64,000 bases of DNA from Opitutales bacterium (GTDB lineage Bacteria; Verrucomicrobiota; Verrucomicrobiia; Opitutales; PNEW01), in NCBI GenBank assembly GCA_965197745.1, contig CBDANS010000006.1, forward strand, positions 448,001 to 512,000, in the 5' to 3' direction. The notes below the pieces were generated by a model. That model searched no databases. It was not told where the DNA came from and saw only the letters and a list, made by a program, of their open reading frames with translations. Each line of letters opens with the position of its first letter. The stretch's first letter is position 1. The position numbers and the translations under genes are program-made. Below, in pieces: positions 22,526-31,640 of this stretch.

Positions 22526-22731
22526 AAAAATGCGATTGTTCTTTCCACTTTTGATTGTCTAAGAACGGAACCTATCTTCTTTTCCTTATGATAAGCGCGA
22601 GCCGTATCGCAGTGACCGTAATCCAGCCCTAAAGCATGGCTCACACTCCCGTTGCAATTATTGCCACGTGGCTGCGCAGCGCTATACCCAAGTGCCGTCA
22701 ACCTGGGACTATTGATCTCACCGTATATCAA
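22522..22731 (-). pseudogene. Degraded N-terminal fragment of an aldo/keto reductase
   Basis: ALGY...HALGLDYGHCDTARAYHKEKKIG..L..S.V.R matches the AKR pattern ALxxGYRHxDTAxxYxNExxxG; ends after 69 aa. Confidence 0.6.
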
Positions 22732-22965
22732 GGGAATTTAAGTATCGGTTCAGTGATTATGGAGTTAATCAGTACGATCTAAGCTCTAAGAGACAAGGAT
22801 GTAAGCAATAAGAAGATGACAGACCCCTTATCCCATATTACCGTTTTCTATATTGACTCGTAACCCAGTGGCGATCCAATAAACCAGTGTGGTGATAATA
22901 AATAGGTGGTAATTCATGGCAACCTCCCTCAGCCTGTGTTTAAAAGCTCTATGATCTAACCTGCG

Positions 22966-23712
22966 ATGAAGCGCCTTAGTGACAAAGTTGCCATTATTAC
23001 CGGGGCTGGAATGGGGCTGGGTGAATCGCTGGCCATTCTCTTCGCCTCAGAAGGAGCGAAGATCATTGTTGCTGATATTAATCAAAAAGCAGGAGAGGAA
23101 ACGGTCGCGAAAATCCTGGAGGCTGAAGGTGAAGCAACATTTATCCATTCAGACGTGCAAAAAGAAGCGGATGCGGAAAATATGGTTCGCGTAACCAGGG
23201 AGCAGTTTGGAAGACTGGATATCCTTGTCAATAACGTCGGTGTTCAAGTCAATAAGAACATTGTCGAAACGACCGAAGATGAGTGGGACTTTGTCCTCAA
23301 CACAAATTTAAAGAGCATGTTTTTCTGCTCAAAATACGCGATTCCCCAAATGAAAAAAAACGGTGGCGGAAATATTATTTGTGTATCATCTCTCTCGGGA
23401 TTAGTTGGCAATGGCATACAGGCATCCTATAACGCGAGTAAACACGGGGTCATCGGGCTGGTGCGCTGCATGGCCATCGACCACGCCCCCGACAATATTC
23501 GCGTTAATGCCATTTGCCCGGGATCGATGAATACCCCTTTAGTCCTGGGCATTCCAAAAGAAAAACTTGAGCCCTATTACAACTTAAATGTGCAGAAGCG
23601 TTTTGCGGAACCCATCGAGGTTGCGCGCGCCGTGCTTTTCCTCGCCAGCGATGAAGCATCCTTTGTTACTGGATCAGTGATGGTTGCTGATGGCGGATAT
23701 ACCACAATGTAA
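22966..23712 (+). CDS. SDR family NAD-dependent oxidoreductase
   Basis: TGAGMGLG, DILVNNVG, catalytic S and YNASK, IRVNAICPG, DGG. Confidence 0.95.
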   Translation: MKRLSDKVAIITGAGMGLGESLAILFASEGAKIIVADINQKAGEETVAKILEAEGEATFIHSDVQKEADAENMVRVTREQFGRLDILVNNVGVQVNKNIVETTEDEWDFVLNTNLKSMFFCSKYAIPQMKKNGGGNIICVSSLSGLVGNGIQASYNASKHGVIGLVRCMAIDHAPDNIRVNAICPGSMNTPLVLGIPKEKLEPYYNLNVQKRFAEPIEVARAVLFLASDEASFVTGSVMVADGGYTTM

Positions 23713-23741
23713 GCTATTTTTAATTTTTGATATACACCGTC

Positions 23742-24782
23742 ATGGTTTTTAAAGCAGGAATAATTGGCACCGGGACTATCGCCCTGGACCATGCCGTAAC
23801 TTGCCAGAAAAATTCAAAAGTAGAATTAACTGCGGTCTGTGATCTTTCGCCCGATGCCCTGGCCGTATTTGGCGACCGATTTAATATTTCAAATCGATAT
23901 TCTAATCTGGACGATTTTCTGAAAAACGAGCAGCTCGATATCGTTATTGTATGCACCTGGGGCCCTTCGCATGCTGAAGTAAGTGTCGCTGCGGCAGGTT
24001 CGGGAAATGTCCGAGCCATCCTCTGTGAAAAACCCATTTCCGGCAATGCTGCTGAGTGCGCAGCGATGATTGCCGCTGCACACGGGAATAATGTCTTGTT
24101 AGCGGAAGGATTCAAATGGAGGCATGATCCACAACATGTCAGAATAAAAGAGATTATCGATTCCGGTTGCATTGGAAAAGTTATGTCTGTTCAAAGCACA
24201 TTTTCCTCACCACTCGTTCGCTTCGCCGAGCCCGACAACTGGCGATATGAACGCCAACGCGGCGGGGGATCTGTTTATGACACAGCCTCCTACATCATTC
24301 ATTTCTCACGTCTCGTTATTGGGGAGGAGCCGCATCGGGTTTATGCCGTAGGAAATTATATTGAATCATCCGATGCCGATATGTCGGCGGCAATCATCCT
24401 TGAGTTCCCCGGGGGAGCGACCGCAAAATTAACCTCCAGCTATCAGTACGGCTACTGCCAGGCGACAGAGGTTCTCGGTATGAATGGTTGGATACGCGCC
24501 GACCTGCCCTTTGATCAACGCAGTGTAAGAGAACAGGAATTTGTCGAGAGTGAAGATTTACCGGCCACACTCGAGTTGTTTTATGATAACTTCGACAAGG
24601 AAATTCTCAGTTTTACTCCTATTGACCAGTTTGCTATGCAACTCGACCATTTGGTTGAGTGCCTCGAAACGAATACGCCGCATCGCATACCGCCTGAATT
24701 CAGCCTCGGTAACATGCGGGTCATCGATGCCGTTTATGAATCAATGAATACTGGAAATCCAGTAAAGGTAAAATCCGGTTAG
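23742..24782 (+). CDS. Gfo/Idh/MocA family oxidoreductase
   Basis: GIIGTGTIA, CEKP, WR.....GGGS.YD...Y. Confidence 0.92.
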   Translation: MVFKAGIIGTGTIALDHAVTCQKNSKVELTAVCDLSPDALAVFGDRFNISNRYSNLDDFLKNEQLDIVIVCTWGPSHAEVSVAAAGSGNVRAILCEKPISGNAAECAAMIAAAHGNNVLLAEGFKWRHDPQHVRIKEIIDSGCIGKVMSVQSTFSSPLVRFAEPDNWRYERQRGGGSVYDTASYIIHFSRLVIGEEPHRVYAVGNYIESSDADMSAAIILEFPGGATAKLTSSYQYGYCQATEVLGMNGWIRADLPFDQRSVREQEFVESEDLPATLELFYDNFDKEILSFTPIDQFAMQLDHLVECLETNTPHRIPPEFSLGNMRVIDAVYESMNTGNPVKVKSG

Positions 24783-24797
24783 ACGTAAAAAAGTTAG

Positions 24798-25772
24798 ATG
24801 CCATTTAAATACTCTGCAATTTCCGACACCGTAAGAAGACTCGGGTATAGTATATTGGAGACGCCGCAAATGGTGCTCGAGGCTGTCAAGGGCGCGGGCT
24901 TTGACGCCGTAGATATTCCCGGTGATCCGCAGAAAATCAATGTCCGTGAACTCAGGCAGTTAATTGAGACTACCGGGCTCGAGGTGGCTGAAGTTCAGGG
25001 AGCCTGGTCTTTTCATCACGCGGGAGAAAGCAGGGACCTCGCAGGTGATGATGGGGATGCCAGGCAGAGAGGAATCGATTATGGTAAAGCGTGTATCGAA
25101 CTCGCTTCGGATTTAGGGGCACAGTTTTTCGAGATTTGTTCCGCGCAATCTCCAATTCCGCAAATTCCTTTTCCCAAGTTGCCGCTTCATATTTTGAGAA
25201 ATAACTTTCTCGAATCCTCAAGAACAATTTGTGAATATGCTGCTGAACACAATATTACGGTCCTCTTCGAGCCCTTGAACCGTTATGAAGCTTATCCCGG
25301 GGTCCTTACTTCTGTCTATGATGCGATCAACCTGATAAATGATCTGGGGCTGCCCAATCTGGGCATTCAACCTGATATTTATCACATGAATATCGCCGAG
25401 GCTTCTATCCCCGATGCCCTTATTGCCGCAGGCAGTCGAATCAAGGTCATGCATATGAACGAAACCAATCATTATTATATGGGCGAAGGTCACGCCGACT
25501 ATTACACCATTTTAAAAATTCTTAAGGAGATTAATTTCAATGGATTCCTCTCTCTATATATGCCCTTGATCCCTCGAGAATTGTCATATCGGGAAGGCCG
25601 TGATGAAATTTCATCAAAGCCGGATTTACAGGAAGTTTTAGAGAAACAGTTAAATTTTCTGAAAGCAGTTGAAAGGTCCGTAGACAAACAAAGATCAATT
25701 TATAGCACGAGTGCTTCCTACATTACTGATAGAGAAACCGAGGAGCCAGGAGAGACCGACAATGTTTATTGA
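24798..25772 (+). CDS. Sugar phosphate isomerase/epimerase family TIM-barrel protein (paralog 1)
   Basis: EPLNRYE, DIYHMNI.E, MHMNETNH..MG.GH.D. Confidence 0.85.
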   Translation: MPFKYSAISDTVRRLGYSILETPQMVLEAVKGAGFDAVDIPGDPQKINVRELRQLIETTGLEVAEVQGAWSFHHAGESRDLAGDDGDARQRGIDYGKACIELASDLGAQFFEICSAQSPIPQIPFPKLPLHILRNNFLESSRTICEYAAEHNITVLFEPLNRYEAYPGVLTSVYDAINLINDLGLPNLGIQPDIYHMNIAEASIPDALIAAGSRIKVMHMNETNHYYMGEGHADYYTILKILKEINFNGFLSLYMPLIPRELSYREGRDEISSKPDLQEVLEKQLNFLKAVERSVDKQRSIYSTSASYITDRETEEPGETDNVY

Positions 25773-25938
25773 AGACGCCGTGGATACGTTTGTTGCTATA
25801 TACTGATATAAACCTGGGGATTTTTTACATAAATTATGAAGCCTATCGAAAAATTTCCCTTTAATATTCCACTGGGCGGAATAATTTAATTAGATGTATT
25901 TATTAATTAATCTTAATATTAAAGAAAGGGATCATGAA

Positions 25939-26469
25939 ATGAGTATGATAATTACAATGGACCATGTCGCGGTCATGGTAAAAGATATTGAGAAATCGCT
26001 CCACTTCTATCGTGATTTGTTGGGGCTTGAAGTGGTATCCCCCGAAGAACACAACGACGGGCCAATATCGGTAATGGTAAACATGCCCAAGGTGCACATG
26101 CGTGAGTACCGCCTGCGTCCCAAAGGCGGAGTCCATGGTCATTCCAGAAATAAAGGCTCCGGGTTTACCTTTGATATTATACAATGGATAAATCCCGAAA
26201 GTCCCGTGGATCGCTATCCCCTTCACCATGTGCCCAGCGCCCATTTCTGTTTTGGGGTAGAAAATGTGCCGGCTACTTATGAAAGGCTCAAGGCAGAAGG
26301 GGTCGAGTTTGTCTCACCCCCTGTAAGCTTCTCCGGAGAGGGCGAGTGGCATGTTTTGTTTTTCTATGATCCGGATGGCAATCTGCTTGAATTGAACGAA
26401 ATGGGAACCGGGGCACAAGTCCCGCACCATTATGAATGGGCCACCGCCAAAGCGTTGGAAGATTATTAA
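25939..26469 (+). CDS. VOC family protein (methylmalonyl-CoA epimerase-like)
   Basis: DHVAVMVKDIEKSLHFYRDLLG, HFCFGV, FYDPDGNLLEL. Confidence 0.85.
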   Translation: MSMIITMDHVAVMVKDIEKSLHFYRDLLGLEVVSPEEHNDGPISVMVNMPKVHMREYRLRPKGGVHGHSRNKGSGFTFDIIQWINPESPVDRYPLHHVPSAHFCFGVENVPATYERLKAEGVEFVSPPVSFSGEGEWHVLFFYDPDGNLLELNEMGTGAQVPHHYEWATAKALEDY

Positions 26470-26494
26470 TTAATCCGTAAATCTATTATAATCT

Positions 26495-27259
26495 ATGCAG
26501 ACAAACAGAACACGTGAAAAACTGAATGCGGGGCAGGCAGCTCTCGGCACTTTCATGGGTTTGGGCAGCCCCAATCTTGCTGAACTTTTATCTAATGTCG
26601 GCCTCGACTTCCTGGTCATTGAGACCGAACACAACGGTCTGGATTCAGCTGAAATTGAACACATGCTCATGGCCATAAAGGGAACCGAGACTATCCCTAT
26701 TGTCCGTGTCCCTTCACATGACTACGTTTTTATTCAGCGGGCCTTGGATATGGGCGCAATGGGAATTCTTGTTCCCATGCTAAAGACCGCAGCTGAAGTA
26801 GAAAAAATTGTGGCCGCTACTCGCTACCCACCGCAGGGAACGCGTGGTTGGGGTCCGATGCGTGCCAGCAAGTATACCCTCGACGATGATGATTATATTA
26901 AGCGGGCCAATGACAATATCCTCGTCACCGGGCTTCTCGAGACAAAAGAGGCTGTAGAAAATCTGGAAGAGATTACTTCCGTCCCCGGTCTTGACGCCCT
27001 TTACCTGGGAATGTGGGATTTGTGTTTCTCCATGGGATTTAACCCTATGGAAATGCCATTCCCGGAAACAGACGCGGTGATAGAACGCGCCTTGGAAATT
27101 GGGAAAAAAAATGGTGTCGCGATTGGTATCGGTTCTAACTCTCCCGAGGATTTAAAACTACGTCAGGCGCAGGGTATGACCTTTTTAGGTTACGGTCCCG
27201 ACTACTATTTAGTTAGAAATGCTATCAAGGCCGCCGTAGAAGCATTCAATCGACCTTAG
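26495..27259 (+). CDS. HpcH/HpaI family aldolase
   Basis: EH, IVRVP, LDMGA.GILVP, RYPPQG.RG, LET.EAVENLEEI, G..DL. Confidence 0.9.
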   Translation: MQTNRTREKLNAGQAALGTFMGLGSPNLAELLSNVGLDFLVIETEHNGLDSAEIEHMLMAIKGTETIPIVRVPSHDYVFIQRALDMGAMGILVPMLKTAAEVEKIVAATRYPPQGTRGWGPMRASKYTLDDDDYIKRANDNILVTGLLETKEAVENLEEITSVPGLDALYLGMWDLCFSMGFNPMEMPFPETDAVIERALEIGKKNGVAIGIGSNSPEDLKLRQAQGMTFLGYGPDYYLVRNAIKAAVEAFNRP

Positions 27260-27279
27260 GAGCAAGCGTTGAGACATCG

Positions 27280-28242
27280 ATGAGCGAATATCTTCAGTTG
27301 AAAGATTCAACGGAACACCGGGGCGATAGTAAGCGCCTTGCGGAGATCCTCAACGAAGATGGCTATCTCTTGCTGCGACACCTCGTCAATCCCGATCACG
27401 CCTTACAGGTCAAAAGAGATATCATGGCGATTCTGAAAGAGCATAATATTATTGAGGACGACAGCGCGGCAGATCCCATGTGGAGCGGAGGTCCCCACCC
27501 CACGGAAGAGGAATATATGATCTACTACGATAAAATCGTAAGACTCGACTCTTTTAATAGTTTCGCAAAATCACCGGATGTAGTTTCCTTCATGGAAGGT
27601 GTATTCGGGGCTCCTGTTCAAGTATGGGAACAGCGTCTCATCCGCATCATGTGCCCCGACCCGGACGCCCCTGATGATATCGGTGTTGGCGCGCACCAGG
27701 ACGGCGCGAAGAATCTTGGGTATGGGGCGGATAGATTTTATACCTGCTGGTTACCACTCATGGACATTGATGTGAAATTAGGCGGTCTTGCCATTGTTCC
27801 CGGTTCTCACAAAATGGGATTCATGGAGCATACGGGTTCCAACCCCAGCTCTTCTCAAGAAGCACGGTCAAAGGGGTTTGGACTGGACATGAAGAAGTTC
27901 AACTGGGCAACAAGCGATTACCATCCCGGCGACGCCATCTTCTTCAGTCATGTTACCGCTCATCGTGGACTCATCAATCGCTCCGACCGCATCAGGCTTT
28001 CCTGCGATTTCCGATATCAATCGATCAATGACACCGTAAATTGGCTTGCGCATACCCTGGGGCCTGATGTCCGCCGCGTAGCCCAGCAGATTGATGCGAT
28101 CATCAGCAGTCGTGCACTCTACGTGACAACACACGCTGACCGCGAAACCCTCGTTGAAGTTCGCCGACGCATGTTGGAGGAAAAATCGACGAACCTGGAA
28201 CGCGCACAAGAACTGGTCGCAGAGGTCAGCAATATACATTAA
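27280..28242 (+). CDS. Phytanoyl-CoA dioxygenase (PhyH) family Fe(II)/2-oxoglutarate oxygenase
   Basis: DGYL, HQD, TCWLPL, GGL...PGSHK, distal H and RLS.DFRY. Confidence 0.9.
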   Translation: MSEYLQLKDSTEHRGDSKRLAEILNEDGYLLLRHLVNPDHALQVKRDIMAILKEHNIIEDDSAADPMWSGGPHPTEEEYMIYYDKIVRLDSFNSFAKSPDVVSFMEGVFGAPVQVWEQRLIRIMCPDPDAPDDIGVGAHQDGAKNLGYGADRFYTCWLPLMDIDVKLGGLAIVPGSHKMGFMEHTGSNPSSSQEARSKGFGLDMKKFNWATSDYHPGDAIFFSHVTAHRGLINRSDRIRLSCDFRYQSINDTVNWLAHTLGPDVRRVAQQIDAIISSRALYVTTHADRETLVEVRRRMLEEKSTNLERAQELVAEVSNIH

Positions 28243-28292
28243 TCGTCGTCTTCGTCCCATTCCACGGACGCGATCAGCCGTCGTCCGTACCG

Positions 28293-28318
28293 CGGACGCG
28301 ACGGAGCGCGTCCCTCCA
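28293..28318. repeat. GGAG-type REP palindrome; related copies at 28576-28601, 46258-46283 and 49397-49413 (partial)
   Basis: CGGACGCGACGGAGCGCGTCCCTCCA: stem GGACGCG/CGCGTCC plus CTCC tail; the 28576 copy has the compensated stem GGCCACG/CGTGGCC. Confidence 0.8.
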
Positions 28319-28531
28319 TAAATATTCATTTATATTTATAATACTGCGTTGGTATCATAAAATTAAAGTTTAAGAAGCGTGCTGGGGACAGCCCGCTCCA
28401 CATCATTGCTCAACACCTCGAACATCGGATATCATCATCATTGGTATTCTGAGGATGGCCGACCACCCTCCGTCCCTCAATCGAGGAACTATGGACGGCG
28501 GGCAGGTAATCGCAAGTCCATCCATGATTTC

Positions 28532-28574
28532 ATTCCCGTATTTCCGCATTTCCGCTTACACCCCTTCTACCCCT
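28532..28574 (-). repeat. Degenerate octamer array downstream of isomerase paralog 2
   Basis: Units such as ATTTCCGC, ATTTCCGC, TTACACCC on the + strand. Confidence 0.65.
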
Positions 28575-28658
28575 ACGGCCACGACAGAGCGTGGCCTTCC
28601 ATAAATCAACTTCGCGCAAAGAAAAATGCGCAACCTCTACCGAACTACAATTGCTTTC

Positions 28659-29552
28659 TTACCCGATCTCGGCTTCCACGCCTCTGACATACTCAATTGT
28701 TTCAGTGAGAACGGCGTTCAAATCGGCTTTCGCGGGTGTCGTGCCTTCGTCAACAATACCGCGAAAGGTCATATTGAAAAGTTCTCGCGTCATTAATGGC
28801 ATGTATACCGTCATGTAACCGGAAAATCCTATTTCCTTTAACGCTTGCATTATTCCCTTAACATCGACGTGACCAGTTCCGAATTTAAAGTGATTGGTTT
28901 CGTTCATGTGAAATGTCACGATCTGGTCTTTAAATATTTTTAAAGCATCGGTAATCGATTTTTCTCCGACATTCATATGAAATACGTCCGGTTGAAGCCC
29001 GATGTTATCGTAATCCAGCTCCTTAATGACATTCATTGTTTCATTAAGGGTATTCATTAAACAGGGATAGCTTTCATAACAATTCAAAGGTTCAACGGCG
29101 ACAGTTACCTTTCGTTCGGCAGCGTAAGCACATATTTCTTTGAGTCCGTCGACAAGATTGCTCTTCAGAGTCTCGACGGGCATAACAGAAATGGGCGCCT
29201 CGGTTACACTGGGCTGGGGAAGACAAAACCCAAAAAATGGGGAATTCAAATCGACACAGTAATCAATAGTTTCCTTTGCATACTCAACTGCTTTTTTTCT
29301 CGTGTCTTCATCACCTCCTGCCAGGTCTCTGCCATCACCACCCCAATTGCCTAAAACTTCGGGGATCTCCAGTTTGAGAGAATCTGCAACGCGTCGTATC
29401 TGTTCCGTGTTGCGATTATTCGGATTGTCAAATACATCGATGCCATCAAACCCTGCACTCTTGATTGCTTTCAATATAGGTTCAGGTTCTTCCGAAAAAT
29501 CATAACCCAGAAAGCCGAGTGTAAGTCCGGATACTGAATATTTAAAAGCCAT
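28659..29552 (-). CDS. Sugar phosphate isomerase/epimerase family TIM-barrel protein (paralog 2)
   Basis: EPLNCYE, DVFHMNVGE, FHMNETNH..FG.GH.D. Confidence 0.85.
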   Translation of the reverse strand: MAFKYSVSGLTLGFLGYDFSEEPEPILKAIKSAGFDGIDVFDNPNNRNTEQIRRVADSLKLEIPEVLGNWGGDGRDLAGGDEDTRKKAVEYAKETIDYCVDLNSPFFGFCLPQPSVTEAPISVMPVETLKSNLVDGLKEICAYAAERKVTVAVEPLNCYESYPCLMNTLNETMNVIKELDYDNIGLQPDVFHMNVGEKSITDALKIFKDQIVTFHMNETNHFKFGTGHVDVKGIMQALKEIGFSGYMTVYMPLMTRELFNMTFRGIVDEGTTPAKADLNAVLTETIEYVRGVEAEIG

Positions 29553-29575
29553 AATACCAATTCGTTGTGCTTTAC

Positions 29576-30487
29576 TTAGCCATTAGCTTCCAACTCGTTA
29601 AATAACTTCAACGGTCTTTCAAGATACGCTTTTAAATCAAGCCGCTTGGACTCCCTCTCATCTCCACTTGATTGTCCATAACCTTCTCCAGCCATATTAA
29701 AGATTTCCTGTGTCGTGAACGGCATATAAAAAGCTATATAGCCGTTGTAGTTAATATCCTTCAGCGCTTTGATTATCGCCGGGTAATCTGCATGACCTGT
29801 TCCATGCTCTCGGTGATTCGTTTCATTCATGTGAAAGTGTTTGACCTTCTCACCTGCTGCCCGGATGGCCTCAGGTATAGACCCCTCGCCGACATTCATA
29901 TGAAAGATATCGGGTTGAATACCCAGATTTTTCATACCGGACTCCTCGATAATATCTAAGGCTTCATTAATCGTCGTCAAAACACCGGGATAGGCTTCGT
30001 AGCAGTTCAATGGTTCAAGGAGTATCGATATTCCGCGCTCTTCTGCGTAAGGACATATCTCCTGTAAGGCGTCGATAAAATTCTTTTTTAAAGTATCAAT
30101 GGGCAGCTTCGGAAAGGGAACCTGGTAAATCGGGGGCTGTGCCGCGCATATTTCGAAGAAGGTAGCACCCAGTTCGACCGAATAGTCTATCGCCTTCTTG
30201 GCATACTTAATTCCCCTTTCACGGGCTTCCTCGTTGTCGCCCGCCAGATCCCTGTCCTCGCCACCATGGAAATAAGCCCATGCCCCAAGGACTTCCGGAA
30301 CTTCCAACTCAAGCGTATCCATAATTCCACGCAATTGTTTTGTATCCGCTCTCTCCGGTGCGCCCGGTAAATCCGCCCCGTCATAACCTGCATCTTTTAT
30401 CGTCTTAAGTATCTCCTCGGGTTGCTCCAGAACGTCATAACCTAAAAAACCCAGGGTATCGCAAACAACTGTATATTTATATGCCAT
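29576..30487 (-). CDS. Sugar phosphate isomerase/epimerase family TIM-barrel protein (paralog 3)
   Basis: EPLNCYE, DIFHMNVGE, FHMNETNH..HG.GH.D. Confidence 0.85.
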   Translation of the reverse strand: MAYKYTVVCDTLGFLGYDVLEQPEEILKTIKDAGYDGADLPGAPERADTKQLRGIMDTLELEVPEVLGAWAYFHGGEDRDLAGDNEEARERGIKYAKKAIDYSVELGATFFEICAAQPPIYQVPFPKLPIDTLKKNFIDALQEICPYAEERGISILLEPLNCYEAYPGVLTTINEALDIIEESGMKNLGIQPDIFHMNVGEGSIPEAIRAAGEKVKHFHMNETNHREHGTGHADYPAIIKALKDINYNGYIAFYMPFTTQEIFNMAGEGYGQSSGDERESKRLDLKAYLERPLKLFNELEANG

Positions 30488-30534
30488 GATATTATATCCT
30501 GACCTTCCTGCTCGATCTAATTAATAAATATATA

Positions 30535-30654
30535 TTATACTCATTATTCCATCCCCGCATTTCCGCATTTTCGCTTACACCCATTCACGCATCCCCGATT
30601 ACACCCTTTTACCCGTTCACCCATTTTCCCATTCACGCTTGCACTCTTTCCCGC
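30535..30654 (-). repeat. Array of 15 in-phase degenerate octamers overlapping a dehydrogenase stop codon
   Basis: Minus strand: GCGGGAAA GAGTGCAA GCGTGAAT GGGAAAAT GGGTGAAC GGGTAAAA GGGTGTAA TCGGGGAT GCGTGAAT GGGTGTAA GCGAAAAT GCGGAAAT GCGGGGAT GGAATAAT GAGTATAA. Confidence 0.85.
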
Positions 30655-31640
30655 ATATCCCATTTGGGAACGACACCTTTGTTTGCGATCCATTTGGGAA
30701 GATACATTTTTGACATCCCGATAATGACCTCGACGCTGGTAGTATAGATTGCATCCGGGTAGTCATGGTGATAACCGCCTATATGTGGTGTAAAATTCAT
30801 ATTTTCGAATGTGAGATATTCATCATCGGGTTTAAGGGGGTGATTTTCCAGAACATCAAATGCCGCTGCTTTGATCCTTCCCTCTCGAAGGGTTTTCTTC
30901 AATGCTTCTTCATTTACAATCCCCGCTCTCGCACCATTGACGAGGACTGCATCCCGCCTCATTAATTGAAGTTCCTCTTTCCCGACGATCCCGCGGGTTT
31001 CTTTATTCAGCGGGCACACGGTCAATACATACTGCGAAACTTTCAACAGCTCGTTCAATTCCACCTTAATGCACCCCAGTGATTTAATCGTCTCCTCATC
31101 CAGATAGGGATCGAAAACACGGATATTCATATCAAATCCCGAAAGCTTTTTCGTGATCGCCTTGCCGATTCGCCCGAAACCGATAAGGCCCAGATCAGCT
31201 CCCGTAAATTGCCCGAGAGGTAAAGCTTCCTGGGCACTCCATATCCCACGACGAATTAACCGATCCTGTCGGGCTGTTTGCCGTACCGCGGTAAAGAGCA
31301 AAGTTATGATGTGATCGCTCGTCGGTTCCGTTGGATCATCCGGTGTGTGCGCGACAATAATTCCTCTATTCGTGCACGCATCGTGATCGATGTTATCGGT
31401 ACCACTCCCGCATTTGATGACCGAACCCATCTTTTTAAAGATCTCCATATTTTCTTCAACGACCAGTCCTTTTCGCGATGAAGTTAAAAACAGAACATCG
31501 GCATCGCTGGCATATTTTTCCAACTCCTCCCGGGTGTGGCAATCGTGGAATACATAATCAATGCCGGCCTTTTCAAACTTTTCTCTCACCCAGTCGGGCA
31601 CCGGGTGGCTGTCGTTCGCGATATGGGCAACTTTAAACAT
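30633..31640 (-). CDS. D-2-hydroxyacid dehydrogenase family protein
   Basis: G.G.DNID, GLIGFGRIG, FDPY, PL..ET, N.AR, TPHIG. Confidence 0.9.
   Translation of the reverse strand: MFKVAHIANDSHPVPDWVREKFEKAGIDYVFHDCHTREELEKYASDADVLFLTSSRKGLVVEENMEIFKKMGSVIKCGSGTDNIDHDACTNRGIIVAHTPDDPTEPTSDHIITLLFTAVRQTARQDRLIRRGIWSAQEALPLGQFTGADLGLIGFGRIGKAITKKLSGFDMNIRVFDPYLDEETIKSLGCIKVELNELLKVSQYVLTVCPLNKETRGIVGKEELQLMRRDAVLVNGARAGIVNEEALKKTLREGRIKAAAFDVLENHPLKPDDEYLTFENMNFTPHIGGYHHDYPDAIYTTSVEVIIGMSKMYLPKWIANKGVVPKWDMRERVQA

Noticed and set aside
28379..28687. 102-aa ORF, and similar ORFs at 57036-57284, 58798-58986 and 59632-59910
   Set aside because: They translate repeat DNA, have no recognisable motifs or RBS, and are likely spurious.
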